A stretch of 54,125 nt of DNA from Acidobacteriota bacterium (GTDB lineage: Bacteria > Acidobacteriota > Thermoanaerobaculia > Multivoradales > J023), in the NCBI GenBank assembly GCA_039184055.1, contig JBCDBH010000002.1, forward strand, positions 1 to 54,125, in the 5' to 3' direction. Position 1 is the stretch's first letter. Every line of letters starts with the position of its first letter. This document shows positions 1 to 8,838 of this stretch, piece by piece. The notes under the pieces are model-generated. The model did not search any database, was not told the DNA's origin, and was given only the letters and a program-made list of their open reading frames with translations. The position numbers and the translations under genes were made by a program.

Positions 1-14
1 CGATCACGCCGGGG

Positions 15-455
15 ATGTCGTTGCCGGAGGCGTTCGGCCGTTTCGATCTGGTCAACGCCGGCCTGCAGACCGCCGACGCCTTGCGCCGGGTCGCCGCCGA
101 AGGCGTCGAGGATCTCGCGGTGGACGGCGTGATCCACGCCGAGTTCCGGTTTGCGCCGATGCTGCACACCGGCGCCGGGCTCTCACCCGTCGAGGTGATC
201 GAGGCGGTGAGCGCCGGCTTCGACGACGCCCACGCCGCCACCGGGCTCGACGCCCGGATCATCGTGTCCCTCATGCGTGACCAGCCCGTCGAGGTGTCGC
301 TGGAAGCAGTCGAGGCCGCCATCGCCGTCGGTGGGCGCGCCGCCGGAGTCGACGTCGCGGTGGCCGGCTCGGCGGTCTTCGGCCAGTCCGATCCGCTCGC
401 CGCCATCACCGCCTTGCGACAGGAAGCGCACTCGCGCGATTCGACAGGAAGCTGA
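15..455 (+). pseudogene. Chimeric ORF: adenosine deaminase-like fragment joined to the C-terminus of ribulose-phosphate 3-epimerase (Rpe)
   Basis: N-part has the ADA-like segment EDLAVDGVIHAEFRFAP...ARIIVSLMR; C-part AGVDVAVAGSAVFGQSDPLAAITALR matches the Rpe C-terminal motif; ADA catalytic HAGE/DD motifs absent; may be open at the window edge. Confidence 0.6.
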
Positions 456-460
456 AAGCC

Positions 461-1339
461 ATGAAAAGACTCTTCTCCACCCTCTTCGCGGTCGCCTTCA
501 TCGCCGCCGCCTTGCTCAGCACCGGTTGTCGCTCGGGCTTTGCCGACGACCCGATTCTCGAGCTGTCGTCGCAGGAGGCGCTCGCCGAGGGCAAGCGTCT
601 CATGCAAGAAGAGAAATTCCGCCGCGCGCAACGTTATCTCGAGCAAGCTTTCGAAGCCTCGCCGAACTCACGCGAAGGTCGGGAGGCTCTGCTCCTGGTC
701 GCCGACGCGCTGTACTTGCGTGATAGCGAAGAGGGTTATTTGCGTTGTGAAGCGAAGTATCGGGATTTCCTCAATCGATTTCCGACCAGCGAGCGCGCCG
801 ATTACGCGCAGTATCAGACGGCGAACTGCCTGTTCTCGCGTATGGCGCGCCCGGATCGCGATCAAGAAGTCGCGACGCAGGCCCTGGGGGCCTACCAGGA
901 GCTTCTGCGGCTCTATCCGACCAGCGATTACATCGAGTCGGCACGCGAGAAGATGAGCGAGGTGCTCGAGAATCTGGCCGAAGCCGAGTTTTCGGTCGGC
1001 GCGTTCTACATTCGTTACCGGTTGTGCAGCGCGGCGATCACTCGTTTCGAGCAATTGCCGGAAACGTTTCCGTCGTATAGCTCGCAGGACAAAGCGCTCT
1101 ATCACCTGGCGCTGGCCTACGCGAATTGCCTGAAGATCGACGAAGCCCGCGAAGCGGTGGCGCTGCTCGAGAGCGACTATCCAGATAGCACGTGGCTCGC
1201 CGAGCTCGACAAGATCGACGACGCGATCCGTGATGCCGAGGAGCGTAAAGTCGAAGTCGACGCGCGCCGCGCCGAGCGTGAGCGTCTGCGCGCCGAACGC
1301 CAAGAGGCGGCGGAGGACGAAGGGAGCGATCCCTCGTGA
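461..1339 (+). CDS. bamD: Outer membrane protein assembly factor BamD (TPR lipoprotein)
   Basis: Lipobox LSTGC; FLNRFPTSERADYAQY, RDQEVATQAL, LLRLYPTSDY and LAEAEFSVGAFY motifs typical of BamD. Confidence 0.9.
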   Translation: MKRLFSTLFAVAFIAAALLSTGCRSGFADDPILELSSQEALAEGKRLMQEEKFRRAQRYLEQAFEASPNSREGREALLLVADALYLRDSEEGYLRCEAKYRDFLNRFPTSERADYAQYQTANCLFSRMARPDRDQEVATQALGAYQELLRLYPTSDYIESAREKMSEVLENLAEAEFSVGAFYIRYRLCSAAITRFEQLPETFPSYSSQDKALYHLALAYANCLKIDEAREAVALLESDYPDSTWLAELDKIDDAIRDAEERKVEVDARRAERERLRAERQEAAEDEGSDPS

Positions 1340-2169
1340 GGCTCGGATTCGCGTTTCTCATCGCCGCGTTGCTGATCCCGCTCGTCGGTTGCACCAGCCT
1401 CGGTGGCGGGGGAGCGAACCGCGACACCGAGATCGAAGCGTTGCGTCGTGACGCCACTGCCGCACGTCGGCGGGCGACCGTCGCCGAGGTCGAAAACCGT
1501 CGTCTTTTGCAGGAGATCGAACGGCTCGAGAACGAGCTCGAGGCGGCGCGACGACCGACCGTCATCGCCGAGCCGGACCGACCGACGATCCAAGTCGAGC
1601 CCGGGATCGAGAGCAGCGACATCGCCACCGAGCCGTTGACCGCTGAACCGCCACCGGCGGTACCCCCGATGGCGGTACCTCCTTCGCCGGACTCATCCTC
1701 GGCGGGTCCCCCGGTGGCCGACGCAACGACCTCGAATGATGGTGCGTCGGTTACGGGTCGCGCGCCCCAGCCGGGAGGAGCCGACGTCGTCGACGCAACC
1801 GGTCAGGCCATCTACGACGAGGGCTACACGCTCTTTCATCGCCAGCAGTACGACGGCGCCGAAGCTCGCTTCGCCGAGTTTCTCGGTGGCTGGGGGCGGA
1901 GTGACCTGGCCGACAACGCACAATTCTGGATCGGCGAGTGTCGCTATGCGCGTGACGACTACCGGGGCGCCCTCGAGGCGTTTCTCGGTGTCGTCGAGCG
2001 CTACCCGGAAGGCAACAAGGTTCCCGATGCCATGCTCAAAGCGGGTAAATCGCTCGAAGCGCTCGGTGATCCGGCTGGAGCCGCCGAAACCTACGACGAA
2101 ATCGTCAAGACCTTTCCCAATAGCGCGGCTGCCGCGATCGCTCGTGAGCTGCGAGCTTCTTTGCCCTGA
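1336..2169 (+). CDS. cpoB: Tol-Pal system protein YbgF/CpoB
   Basis: Lipobox LVGC, coiled coil, Pro-rich linker, C-terminal TPRs with LADNAQFWIGE and YPEGNKVPDAMLK; 4-nt overlap with bamD. Confidence 0.85.
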   Translation: MRLGFAFLIAALLIPLVGCTSLGGGGANRDTEIEALRRDATAARRRATVAEVENRRLLQEIERLENELEAARRPTVIAEPDRPTIQVEPGIESSDIATEPLTAEPPPAVPPMAVPPSPDSSSAGPPVADATTSNDGASVTGRAPQPGGADVVDATGQAIYDEGYTLFHRQQYDGAEARFAEFLGGWGRSDLADNAQFWIGECRYARDDYRGALEAFLGVVERYPEGNKVPDAMLKAGKSLEALGDPAGAAETYDEIVKTFPNSAAAAIARELRASLP

Positions 2170-2217
2170 AAGTCGCGTAAAACCGGCTGGTTCCGGCTTT
2201 CTCCGGCCGGTCCGTAC

Positions 2218-2247
2218 TTGACAAGAAATTGTGCATCGCGGTACGTT
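2218..2247 (+). promoter_or_regulatory. Putative sigma70 promoter of the LysM gene
   Basis: TTGACA, 18-nt spacer, TACGTT (weak -10). Confidence 0.35.
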
Positions 2248-2326
2248 GAGAGGCAAGCGTCGAATGGACGTATGGTAAGATCTCTATGTGCACTGCCCGC
2301 ATCTCGAAGGGTGCCAGGGAGGTTCC

Positions 2327-3577
2327 ATGAGCGTACGTGTTTTGCTCGCGGCATCAGCCTCGACCCTGGTGATCGCCGTGCTCGCCGGCGTTGTCGGTGC
2401 GCAACCGCCGCCGCGCGATCTCCAATTGGTCGGTGATCACTGGACGGCGTGGAATCCGCCACCGGTTCCAGAAGGTGTCGAGCCCTACATCATTCAGCCC
2501 GGAGATACCCTTTGGGATCTGGCGGGTCAGTTCTACGGCGATCCCTATTTGTGGCCGCAGCTGTGGGAACAGAACCGCTACATCTTGGATGCGCGCTGGA
2601 TTTATCCCGGTGACCCGCTGATCGTCGGGGCCGCGCCGGGACAATTCACCGACACGGTCGCTGGACCACCACTCGGTGAGGGCGATGTGGCCGAAGGGAC
2701 CGATGCCACCGCACTCGCTGACGGTGAGCTCGAAGACGATCCGTTCGCCGACATCATCGCGCCGGCCGACGAAGACATCTCGTCACGGTTGCGTAGCGAG
2801 CTGTCGGGAAGCGACGGCCCGGTGCCACTCGGTTTCGAGTCCGATATCTACTGCAGCGGTTATATCGGTCCGATCGACGAGGCTTTCCCATATCGGGTGA
2901 GCGGCTCCGAATACGATTTCCAGGTACCTGATCTCAGTCCTCAAGAAGGCAAAGCCATCGAGGGCATTTACGGTCGTACCGATCTCGCGAAATACGGTCT
3001 CTCGATGGGCGATGTGGTGTACATCGACCGGGGTCGCGCCGATGGTGTCTCAGCCGGTGAGCTGTTCACCGCGATCCTGCCCGGTGCGGTGATCCGTCAT
3101 CCCTTGACCCGCAATGCGATCGGTCGTTTCTACCAGTACGTCGGTCGGGTGCGCGTCCTGTCGACTCAAGAGACCACGTCGATCGCCGAGGTGACGCTGG
3201 CGTGCGATGGGATCCCGGTGGGTTCGATGCTCAAGGCCTTTGCGCCCGAACCGGTTCCGTTGCGCCGGCTGACACCAATGCGGCCGGTCAACTTTCCGGT
3301 CGCCACCGAGGCGCTAGTCGATGCACCGGTGATCGTGCACGCCGACGACGATCTCGTCACGTTGGCGGCAGGGCATTTGGTGTACATCGATCGCGGCATG
3401 GTCGACGATGTCGCTCCGGGTGATATCTACACCATTTATCGGCGCGCGGGAGACGATCGTCCGCCGCTCGTCTTGGGTGAAGTGGCCGTTCTTTCGGTGC
3501 ACGAAAGCACCTCGCTGGCGCGGATTCTGCGCAATCGTTTCGCGGTCTATCGAGGTGACGTCCTGCACCTCAAGTGA
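2327..3577 (+). CDS. LysM peptidoglycan-binding protein (TsaP-like architecture)
   Basis: Signal peptide; LysM YIIQPGDTLWDLAGQFYGDPYLWPQLW...WIYPGD; two repeated VYIDRG..G beta-domain motifs; GGAGG before ATG 2327. Confidence 0.8.
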   Translation: MSVRVLLAASASTLVIAVLAGVVGAQPPPRDLQLVGDHWTAWNPPPVPEGVEPYIIQPGDTLWDLAGQFYGDPYLWPQLWEQNRYILDARWIYPGDPLIVGAAPGQFTDTVAGPPLGEGDVAEGTDATALADGELEDDPFADIIAPADEDISSRLRSELSGSDGPVPLGFESDIYCSGYIGPIDEAFPYRVSGSEYDFQVPDLSPQEGKAIEGIYGRTDLAKYGLSMGDVVYIDRGRADGVSAGELFTAILPGAVIRHPLTRNAIGRFYQYVGRVRVLSTQETTSIAEVTLACDGIPVGSMLKAFAPEPVPLRRLTPMRPVNFPVATEALVDAPVIVHADDDLVTLAAGHLVYIDRGMVDDVAPGDIYTIYRRAGDDRPPLVLGEVAVLSVHESTSLARILRNRFAVYRGDVLHLK

Positions 3578-3659
3578 GCGTGCGCGTCTTTGCCAGCCCT
3601 TGCCTGTGTGGTAAGGTCTCCGTCCACGTCGATTGAAATCGGGTCGTTACGAGGGCGGT

Positions 3660-3923
3660 ATGACGCAGAAGACACTGAAAGGACGTCTGGGGAAGATCGT
3701 CAACGAGCTTGTCGAGCAAGGTTTGACTTTGGAGCAAGCCCGCAAAGAGTTCGAAAGACAGTTCATCGTCGCCTCGATTCGATCCAACGACGGCAATCTG
3801 GGCCGCTCGGCCCGCTCACTCGGTGTTCATCGCAACACCCTGAGGAACAAAGTAAGCAACCTCGGCATAGCGCTCGAGGAATACAGATTGCGCCGCTCAC
3901 GGCGCACCGAGACCAAGAGCTGA
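3660..3923 (+). CDS. Stand-alone Fis-family helix-turn-helix protein
   Basis: FERQFIVASI...GNLGRSARSLGVHRNTLRNK is a Fis/HTH_8 signature. Confidence 0.8.
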   Translation: MTQKTLKGRLGKIVNELVEQGLTLEQARKEFERQFIVASIRSNDGNLGRSARSLGVHRNTLRNKVSNLGIALEEYRLRRSRRTETKS

Positions 3924-4113
3924 TAAGCAGCTTCCTTCTGACAGACACGCACCGCTGAAACCTGGCCGACGCCGCGCCGTACTGATGGCGTGCGCTCTTC
4001 CCGCCCACGCGCCGGGTACCTCTGATCCATCTAGGACGTAAGACGTCCACCCATGCCGCGACTCGCGGCCTCATCACGAAGTTGATCAGGTGCGTCTACA
4101 CGAGGAGCTCTTC

Positions 4114-4839
4114 ATGTATAGAGCCTTACGTCGATCGGTATCGATACCGGTCGTAGCGATAGCCCTGGTGGCCATGGCCACTGTGTCTCCGGCGGGTACT
4201 GCGGTCGAAACCGACACGCTCACCGCCCTGTCCTCCGAAACCTTGACGGTTCTCGCCGAGCTCGCCGACTGGGCGGGTGAACACGGAGTCGTCCATGCCC
4301 CGGTGCTCGTCGAGTCGATGCTCGACACACCGTCTACGCCGTTTTCCGTTCCGACCCCGAGTCGCGAACAGCTCGAGCGTTTGCCTCACGGTGCCGTGAT
4401 CGGCCGAGTCGCTGATGAGCACGGGATCGATCCGTTCCTGGTCGCCGCGGTGATCGAGGTCGAATCGAACTTTCGTACCGCCGCGATCTCACCCAAAGGG
4501 GCGGTCGGTTTGATGCAGGTGATGCCGGCGACCGCACCCGAAGCGTTGCGTGAGCGGCTGTGTGAGCCCGAGGTGAATCTGGCCATCGGTGTGGCGTATC
4601 TCGCCAAGATGTTCGAACGGCACGATTACGATCTCGATTTGGCGCTGGCGGCCTACAACGCCGGTCCAACCGCCGTGCGGCGCTGGGGTGGTGTACCGCC
4701 CTATCGAGAGACCGAGCGCTACATCGAAAAGGTGACCGGTCGCTATCTCGCGCATCATCGCGAGGCGTGGCGACCCGCGAGCGACGAGGTGTGGGTGTCG
4801 GTCATCGCCAGCGACGACGAGAGCTCGACGCGCGGTTGA
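4114..4839 (+). CDS. Lytic transglycosylase (SLT domain)
   Basis: AVIEVESNF, SPKGAVGLMQVMP, ALAAYNAG, PPYRETERY motifs; signal peptide; GAGGAG upstream. Confidence 0.9.
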   Translation: MYRALRRSVSIPVVAIALVAMATVSPAGTAVETDTLTALSSETLTVLAELADWAGEHGVVHAPVLVESMLDTPSTPFSVPTPSREQLERLPHGAVIGRVADEHGIDPFLVAAVIEVESNFRTAAISPKGAVGLMQVMPATAPEALRERLCEPEVNLAIGVAYLAKMFERHDYDLDLALAAYNAGPTAVRRWGGVPPYRETERYIEKVTGRYLAHHREAWRPASDEVWVSVIASDDESSTRG

Positions 4840-4867
4840 TCATCTGCCGAGCGTCGCGCCCGAACGG

Positions 4868-4901
4868 AAAAACGCCGGCCTCGAGGCCGGCGTTTTCTTT
4901 T
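4868..4901. terminator. Bidirectional intrinsic terminator
   Basis: Perfect palindrome AAAACGCCGGCCTCGAGGCCGGCGTTTT with A/T tails, between convergent SLT and tatA. Confidence 0.8.
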
Positions 4902-4950
4902 GCCTTCGGAGGGCGGCCCGTGACCGGGCATCATGCTCTCGGTGTGATTT

Positions 4951-4995
4951 GGCCGGGGCGCGATCGGCCGCGCCGCGACAGGCCGGGCCGCGACC
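4951..4995. repeat. Three imperfect 15-bp GC-rich tandem repeats
   Basis: ggccggggcgcgatc / ggccgcgccgcgaca / ggccgggccgcgacc. Confidence 0.55.
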
Positions 4996-5005
4996 CGCGT
5001 CCAGC

Positions 5006-5191
5006 TCAGGTCGCCTGGCTGCTCTCGCCGCCTTCGACCTTGGGAGGCTCGTCGTCTTTGACGCCCTTCTTGAAATTGCGAATTCCCTCACCGAGGCCTT
5101 TACCGAGCTGAGGGAGTCGGGTGGCGCCGAACATCACGACGATGATTCCGAAGATGATCAGCAGCTCAGGGACACCTAGACTTCCGAACAT
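5006..5191 (-). CDS. tatA: Twin-arginine translocase subunit TatA
   Basis: LGVPELLIIFGIIVVMFGATRLPQLGKGLGEGIRNFKKG. Confidence 0.95.
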   Translation of the reverse strand: MFGSLGVPELLIIFGIIVVMFGATRLPQLGKGLGEGIRNFKKGVKDDEPPKVEGGESSQAT

Positions 5192-5319
5192 GGTCGACTC
5201 CTATCGGGCGGATCCAGTCGCGGATCGAGTTCCGCGGGATCTCGCCGGCACGGGCATAGTGGGCCTTGCGGGTGATCGTAAGCAAGTTGGATGCATAGCA
5301 TCCGGCTCATATTTCCAGT

Positions 5320-6264
5320 TTAACACAGGGCCTGTCGCCAGCGAGTCTCGAGGCGTGCCGCCACGTCGGTGGTTTCGGGTACGCGAAGGAGGAAATCGAT
5401 GGCGCGCGTAAAGGTCGGCTCGATCAGATTCGCGTGCCGCCCACTTCGCGCATACGTACCGACCGCCTTGAGTGTTCGTTGTGCCGCAACCCGGGCAAAG
5501 TCTTCGTGCGCGACCGGGAGATCATCGGCGATCTCGCTGGGTGGCGCGAAAAGGGTGTCGTTGAGCAACGAAGCGAGATCGTAGAGGGGTGGGCCGAGGC
5601 GCAGATCTTGGTGATCGAGAATCCCGACCTGGTGTGATGGAAGAGGAACCAGGTTACGGACAGTCAGATCCCGGTGACAGACGACCGGAGAGCGTTCGCC
5701 CAAGGTTCGACACAGATCGTCGAAGCTGGCACGAAGCCGGTCCTGGGTCGTGGCGTCGCCGGTGAGCTGGCGTGGCACGAAGAAGGTTTTCCAGGTGATC
5801 TCGAGCTCGCGGCGTAGCAGTGCCTCGTCGAGTGGAGGGTTGAGCCGAGCGACCCGTTCATGCGGCAGCGTCTCGAATCGATCGATCTGACGTAGGGCGT
5901 CTCGATAATAGGGTGCGAGCAGCGACCAATCGGTGGCTGTACGCATGGCGTGCTCGGCGAGGGTCGAGGGTCCGAGATCCTCGACCACCATCCAGCCCTT
6001 GCTGTACGCGCGGACCGCCGGTACCCGTACCCCGATGTCGGCGAGCCAGCTCGTGGTGGTGAGAAAACGCCGTTGGGCGTCGAGAATCTCGGTCGGGTAG
6101 ATGGCCAGCACCGCGCTCGTATCGTCGGTGAGCCAGATACGCGCATAGCGACGTGACGACACATCGCCGGCGAGCGGCTCGATGGCGTGGATGTCGACAC
6201 CGTGCTCGGCCAAGATACCCTTGTATATGGGCCAGGGATCGATCATGACGGCGCAGGCTAGCAT
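5320..6264 (-). CDS. APH-family phosphotransferase, AmgK-like (MurNAc/GlcNAc anomeric kinase)
   Basis: LAGDVSSRRYAR, VEDLG, CHRDLTVRNL, ILDHQDLRLGPPLYDLASLL, AQRTLKAVG; start may be 6246. Confidence 0.75.
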   Translation of the reverse strand: MLACAVMIDPWPIYKGILAEHGVDIHAIEPLAGDVSSRRYARIWLTDDTSAVLAIYPTEILDAQRRFLTTTSWLADIGVRVPAVRAYSKGWMVVEDLGPSTLAEHAMRTATDWSLLAPYYRDALRQIDRFETLPHERVARLNPPLDEALLRRELEITWKTFFVPRQLTGDATTQDRLRASFDDLCRTLGERSPVVCHRDLTVRNLVPLPSHQVGILDHQDLRLGPPLYDLASLLNDTLFAPPSEIADDLPVAHEDFARVAAQRTLKAVGTYARSGRHANLIEPTFTRAIDFLLRVPETTDVAARLETRWRQALC

Positions 6265-6267
6265 GGT

Positions 6268-6296
6268 TTGACAGCCTCAGGAGCAGGCGCAATAAT
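6268..6296 (+). promoter_or_regulatory. Putative sigma70 promoter
   Basis: TTGACA-N17-AATAAT about 100 nt upstream of ORF 6398. Confidence 0.55.
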
Positions 6297-6397
6297 GCCT
6301 AGAGGCGTCCCAATTATGCCGTGACGCCAAAACGGCGATGTCGCGTCAAGACGACACTTCGCTAGAACGATTACGCAGAAAACGACACTGAGTCACC

Positions 6398-6709
6398 ATG
6401 AGTCTCGAAGAACCGCAAGTCCGCCGCATGCTCAACGACCTCGGCCGTGCTCTAGTCGACGCGATCTCCGCGTCACCGCCCGTGTCCGACGCGGTGCGCC
6501 GGATGCGAGACGAAGGGTATCGCTTGCAGCTGATCCTCGATTGCAAGGAAGAGAACGGTGACGATAGCCACGGTGCCCAGCTCGAGCTCACCGCGCGTCG
6601 CCCCGCCTCCCCATCACGCGAACCCGCCTTCCGCCTCGACAATCAAGACGTCTCGTTCCTACGCGCGCTCGGTATCGACCCGACCCGGCCCGCGCGTCGT
6701 CGTCGTTAG
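6398..6709 (+). CDS. Hypothetical protein
   Basis: 103-aa ORF behind a good promoter; ends in FRLDNQDVSFLRALGIDPTR; no function recognised. Confidence 0.65.
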   Translation: MSLEEPQVRRMLNDLGRALVDAISASPPVSDAVRRMRDEGYRLQLILDCKEENGDDSHGAQLELTARRPASPSREPAFRLDNQDVSFLRALGIDPTRPARRRR

Positions 6710-6710
6710 C

Positions 6711-6854
6711 CCGCATCTCTCACCAAGCTCGCCTACTACGAAGCGACCACGCACGTCATCTCTGGGCGTGCTCAATCCTCGCTGCCCAGATCTAACGCAC
6801 CTGTCCGCTGCGTGGCGACGAGCCGCTCGCTACGGCGTTTGGTGAGAGGTGCGG
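6711..6854. repeat. Palindromic REP/MITE-like element, short copy
   Basis: Terminal inverted repeats ccgcatctctcaccaa / ttggtgagaggtgcgg (15 of 16 complementary); right arm aligns with 46328-46405. Confidence 0.7.
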
Positions 6855-6931
6855 ACCCGTCCATTCCCGTGCCCGAGACGAGCGCCCATTCACGCGATGG
6901 GTCGGTCATCGTTGTCACGTGGGCGCCCCGT

Positions 6932-7660
6932 TCAGTGGCTGGGTTTTTTCGAGCGTGAGCGGTAGCGCATGTTGAGCAGCTCGATGCTCAAGGCGAAGGC
7001 CATGGCGAAGTAGACGTAGCCTTTGTCGAAGTGCTGGCCCGTTCCTTCGGCCATCAAGAGCACACCGATCATGACCAAGAACGATAGGGCGAGGATCTTG
7101 ACGCTCGGATGACGTTCGACGAAATCGCCCACTGGGTTGGCGAAGATCACCATCACGATCATCGCCAGGACCACGGCGATCACCATGATGATCAGGTGAT
7201 CGACCATGCCGACGGCGGTGATCACCGAGTCGAGCGAAAAGACGATATCGAGCAGCATGATCTGGATCAGCACTGACGTCATGCCAGCCACCGCGACCGT
7301 TCCAGCGTGATGAGGTCCGGCTTCGCCTTCTACTTTGTCGTAGATCTCGAACGTGGCTTTGGCGATCAAGAACAAACCGCCACCGACCAGGATCAAGTCC
7401 TTGCCCGAAAATCCATGCCCGAACACGCTGAAAAGCTCGGTTTGTAGGGTCATCACCCAATTGATCGACGCCAACAGGATGAGTCGGGTGATCAAGGCCA
7501 ACGACAAGCCGAGCTGACGCGCCATCGGTCGCTTCTCTTCGGGGAGCTTGCCCGCCAGGATCGAGATGAAGACGATGTTGTCGATGCCGAGAACGATCTC
7601 GAGCACGGCAAGAGTCGCGAGGCTGATCCACGCCTCGGGCGTCTGAAAGATTTCGAACAT
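6932..7660 (-). CDS. TerC family membrane protein
   Basis: LEIVLGIDNIVFI, LDIVFSLDSVITAVG, KGYVYFAMAF. Confidence 0.92.
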   Translation of the reverse strand: MFEIFQTPEAWISLATLAVLEIVLGIDNIVFISILAGKLPEEKRPMARQLGLSLALITRLILLASINWVMTLQTELFSVFGHGFSGKDLILVGGGLFLIAKATFEIYDKVEGEAGPHHAGTVAVAGMTSVLIQIMLLDIVFSLDSVITAVGMVDHLIIMVIAVVLAMIVMVIFANPVGDFVERHPSVKILALSFLVMIGVLLMAEGTGQHFDKGYVYFAMAFALSIELLNMRYRSRSKKPSH

Positions 7661-7743
7661 GATGTTGAACGCTATGCGATTCTCCACCATCAGGCAACCG
7701 AGGTGGCAACAGCCGGCCGGGGATCAGCCCGCGGAGGTCGGGA

Positions 7744-8838
7744 TCAGCCGTAGAGGAACGGGCGGATGATCTCACTCATGGTGTCGAATTCCACCAAGAA
7801 CGCGTCGTGACCGATCGGGCTGTCGATGACGCGGTAGGTGCTCGTCTTCCCGGCTTCGACGAGCTGGAGGTGGGTGCCTTCCTGCTCGTCGACGGCGATC
7901 AAGCGATCTTGATTGACCCCGATGACGAGGAATTCGGCGTCGACCGGCGCCAGCGCGGTCGCTTTGTCGGCGTGACCACGCCACACGTCGTGTAGATCCA
8001 TCGCCAACGACAAGGTGAGATACGAGTTGGCGTCGAAGCGGTCAGCGGCCTTCTTGCCTTGGTGGTCGAGATATGACTGGACGTCGAAGGTGATGCCGTT
8101 GCGGCTCGGAGGGTGGATCGGCGTCCACGGAAAACGCTTGTTGAACTCACCCTGCGATCGGTAAAAGAGCGTGCCGAGCTCGCGCGCCAAGCGCAAGCCG
8201 TCACGCGGGCCGCTGGTTTCGTACTCGCCTCCTTGCCAAGCGGGGTCGAGGGTGATGGCCCGGCGACCGAGATGGCGGATGGCGGCGGTGTACGGGCGGG
8301 TGGCGTCCGTACCCGAGGCAGCGATGATCCGACGTGCGCGTCCGGGATGGCGGATCGCCAGCTCGACCGTTTCCATGGCGCCCAACGAGCCACCCGCGGC
8401 GGTATGCACCTGATCGATCCCGAGATGGTCGAGCAGCCGTATATGACCACCCACGATGTCGCGCACCGTGATGATCGGAAAGCGACCACGGTAGGGCGCG
8501 CCCGTCGTCGGGTCGATCGACAGCGGGCCGGTGGTACCGAACGATCCACCGATCAAGGATGGGCAGATGACGAAGAAATGATCGGTGTCGAAGACCGCTC
8601 CGGGGCCGATCATGCCTTCCCACCAGCCAGGGGCCGGGTCTTTTTCGCTCGATGCAGCGTGGCAATGAGCGGAAAAAGCCGGGCAGATCAGAACCGCGTT
8701 GTCACGCGTCGCCGACAGGCGACCCCAGGTTTCGTATGCGATATCGAGCCGTGGCAGTGGCGGCGCCATTTCGAGCTCGTAGGGTCGGTCGTCGCTGTAC
8801 CGGAGAGCGGCCGGTGGCCACCCTTTGACGGTGCTCAC
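7744..8838 (-). CDS. metX: MetX-family homoserine/serine O-acyltransferase
   Basis: AYETWG, PGWWEGMIGPG, nucleophile GGSLG, FDANSYL, SPIGHDAFL; substrate uncertain. Confidence 0.8.
   Translation of the reverse strand: MSTVKGWPPAALRYSDDRPYELEMAPPLPRLDIAYETWGRLSATRDNAVLICPAFSAHCHAASSEKDPAPGWWEGMIGPGAVFDTDHFFVICPSLIGGSFGTTGPLSIDPTTGAPYRGRFPIITVRDIVGGHIRLLDHLGIDQVHTAAGGSLGAMETVELAIRHPGRARRIIAASGTDATRPYTAAIRHLGRRAITLDPAWQGGEYETSGPRDGLRLARELGTLFYRSQGEFNKRFPWTPIHPPSRNGITFDVQSYLDHQGKKAADRFDANSYLTLSLAMDLHDVWRGHADKATALAPVDAEFLVIGVNQDRLIAVDEQEGTHLQLVEAGKTSTYRVIDSPIGHDAFLVEFDTMSEIIRPFLYG

Noticed and set aside
7661-7743. yybP-ykoY manganese riboswitch before terC
   Set aside because: Spacer is short and lacks the recognisable conserved motifs.
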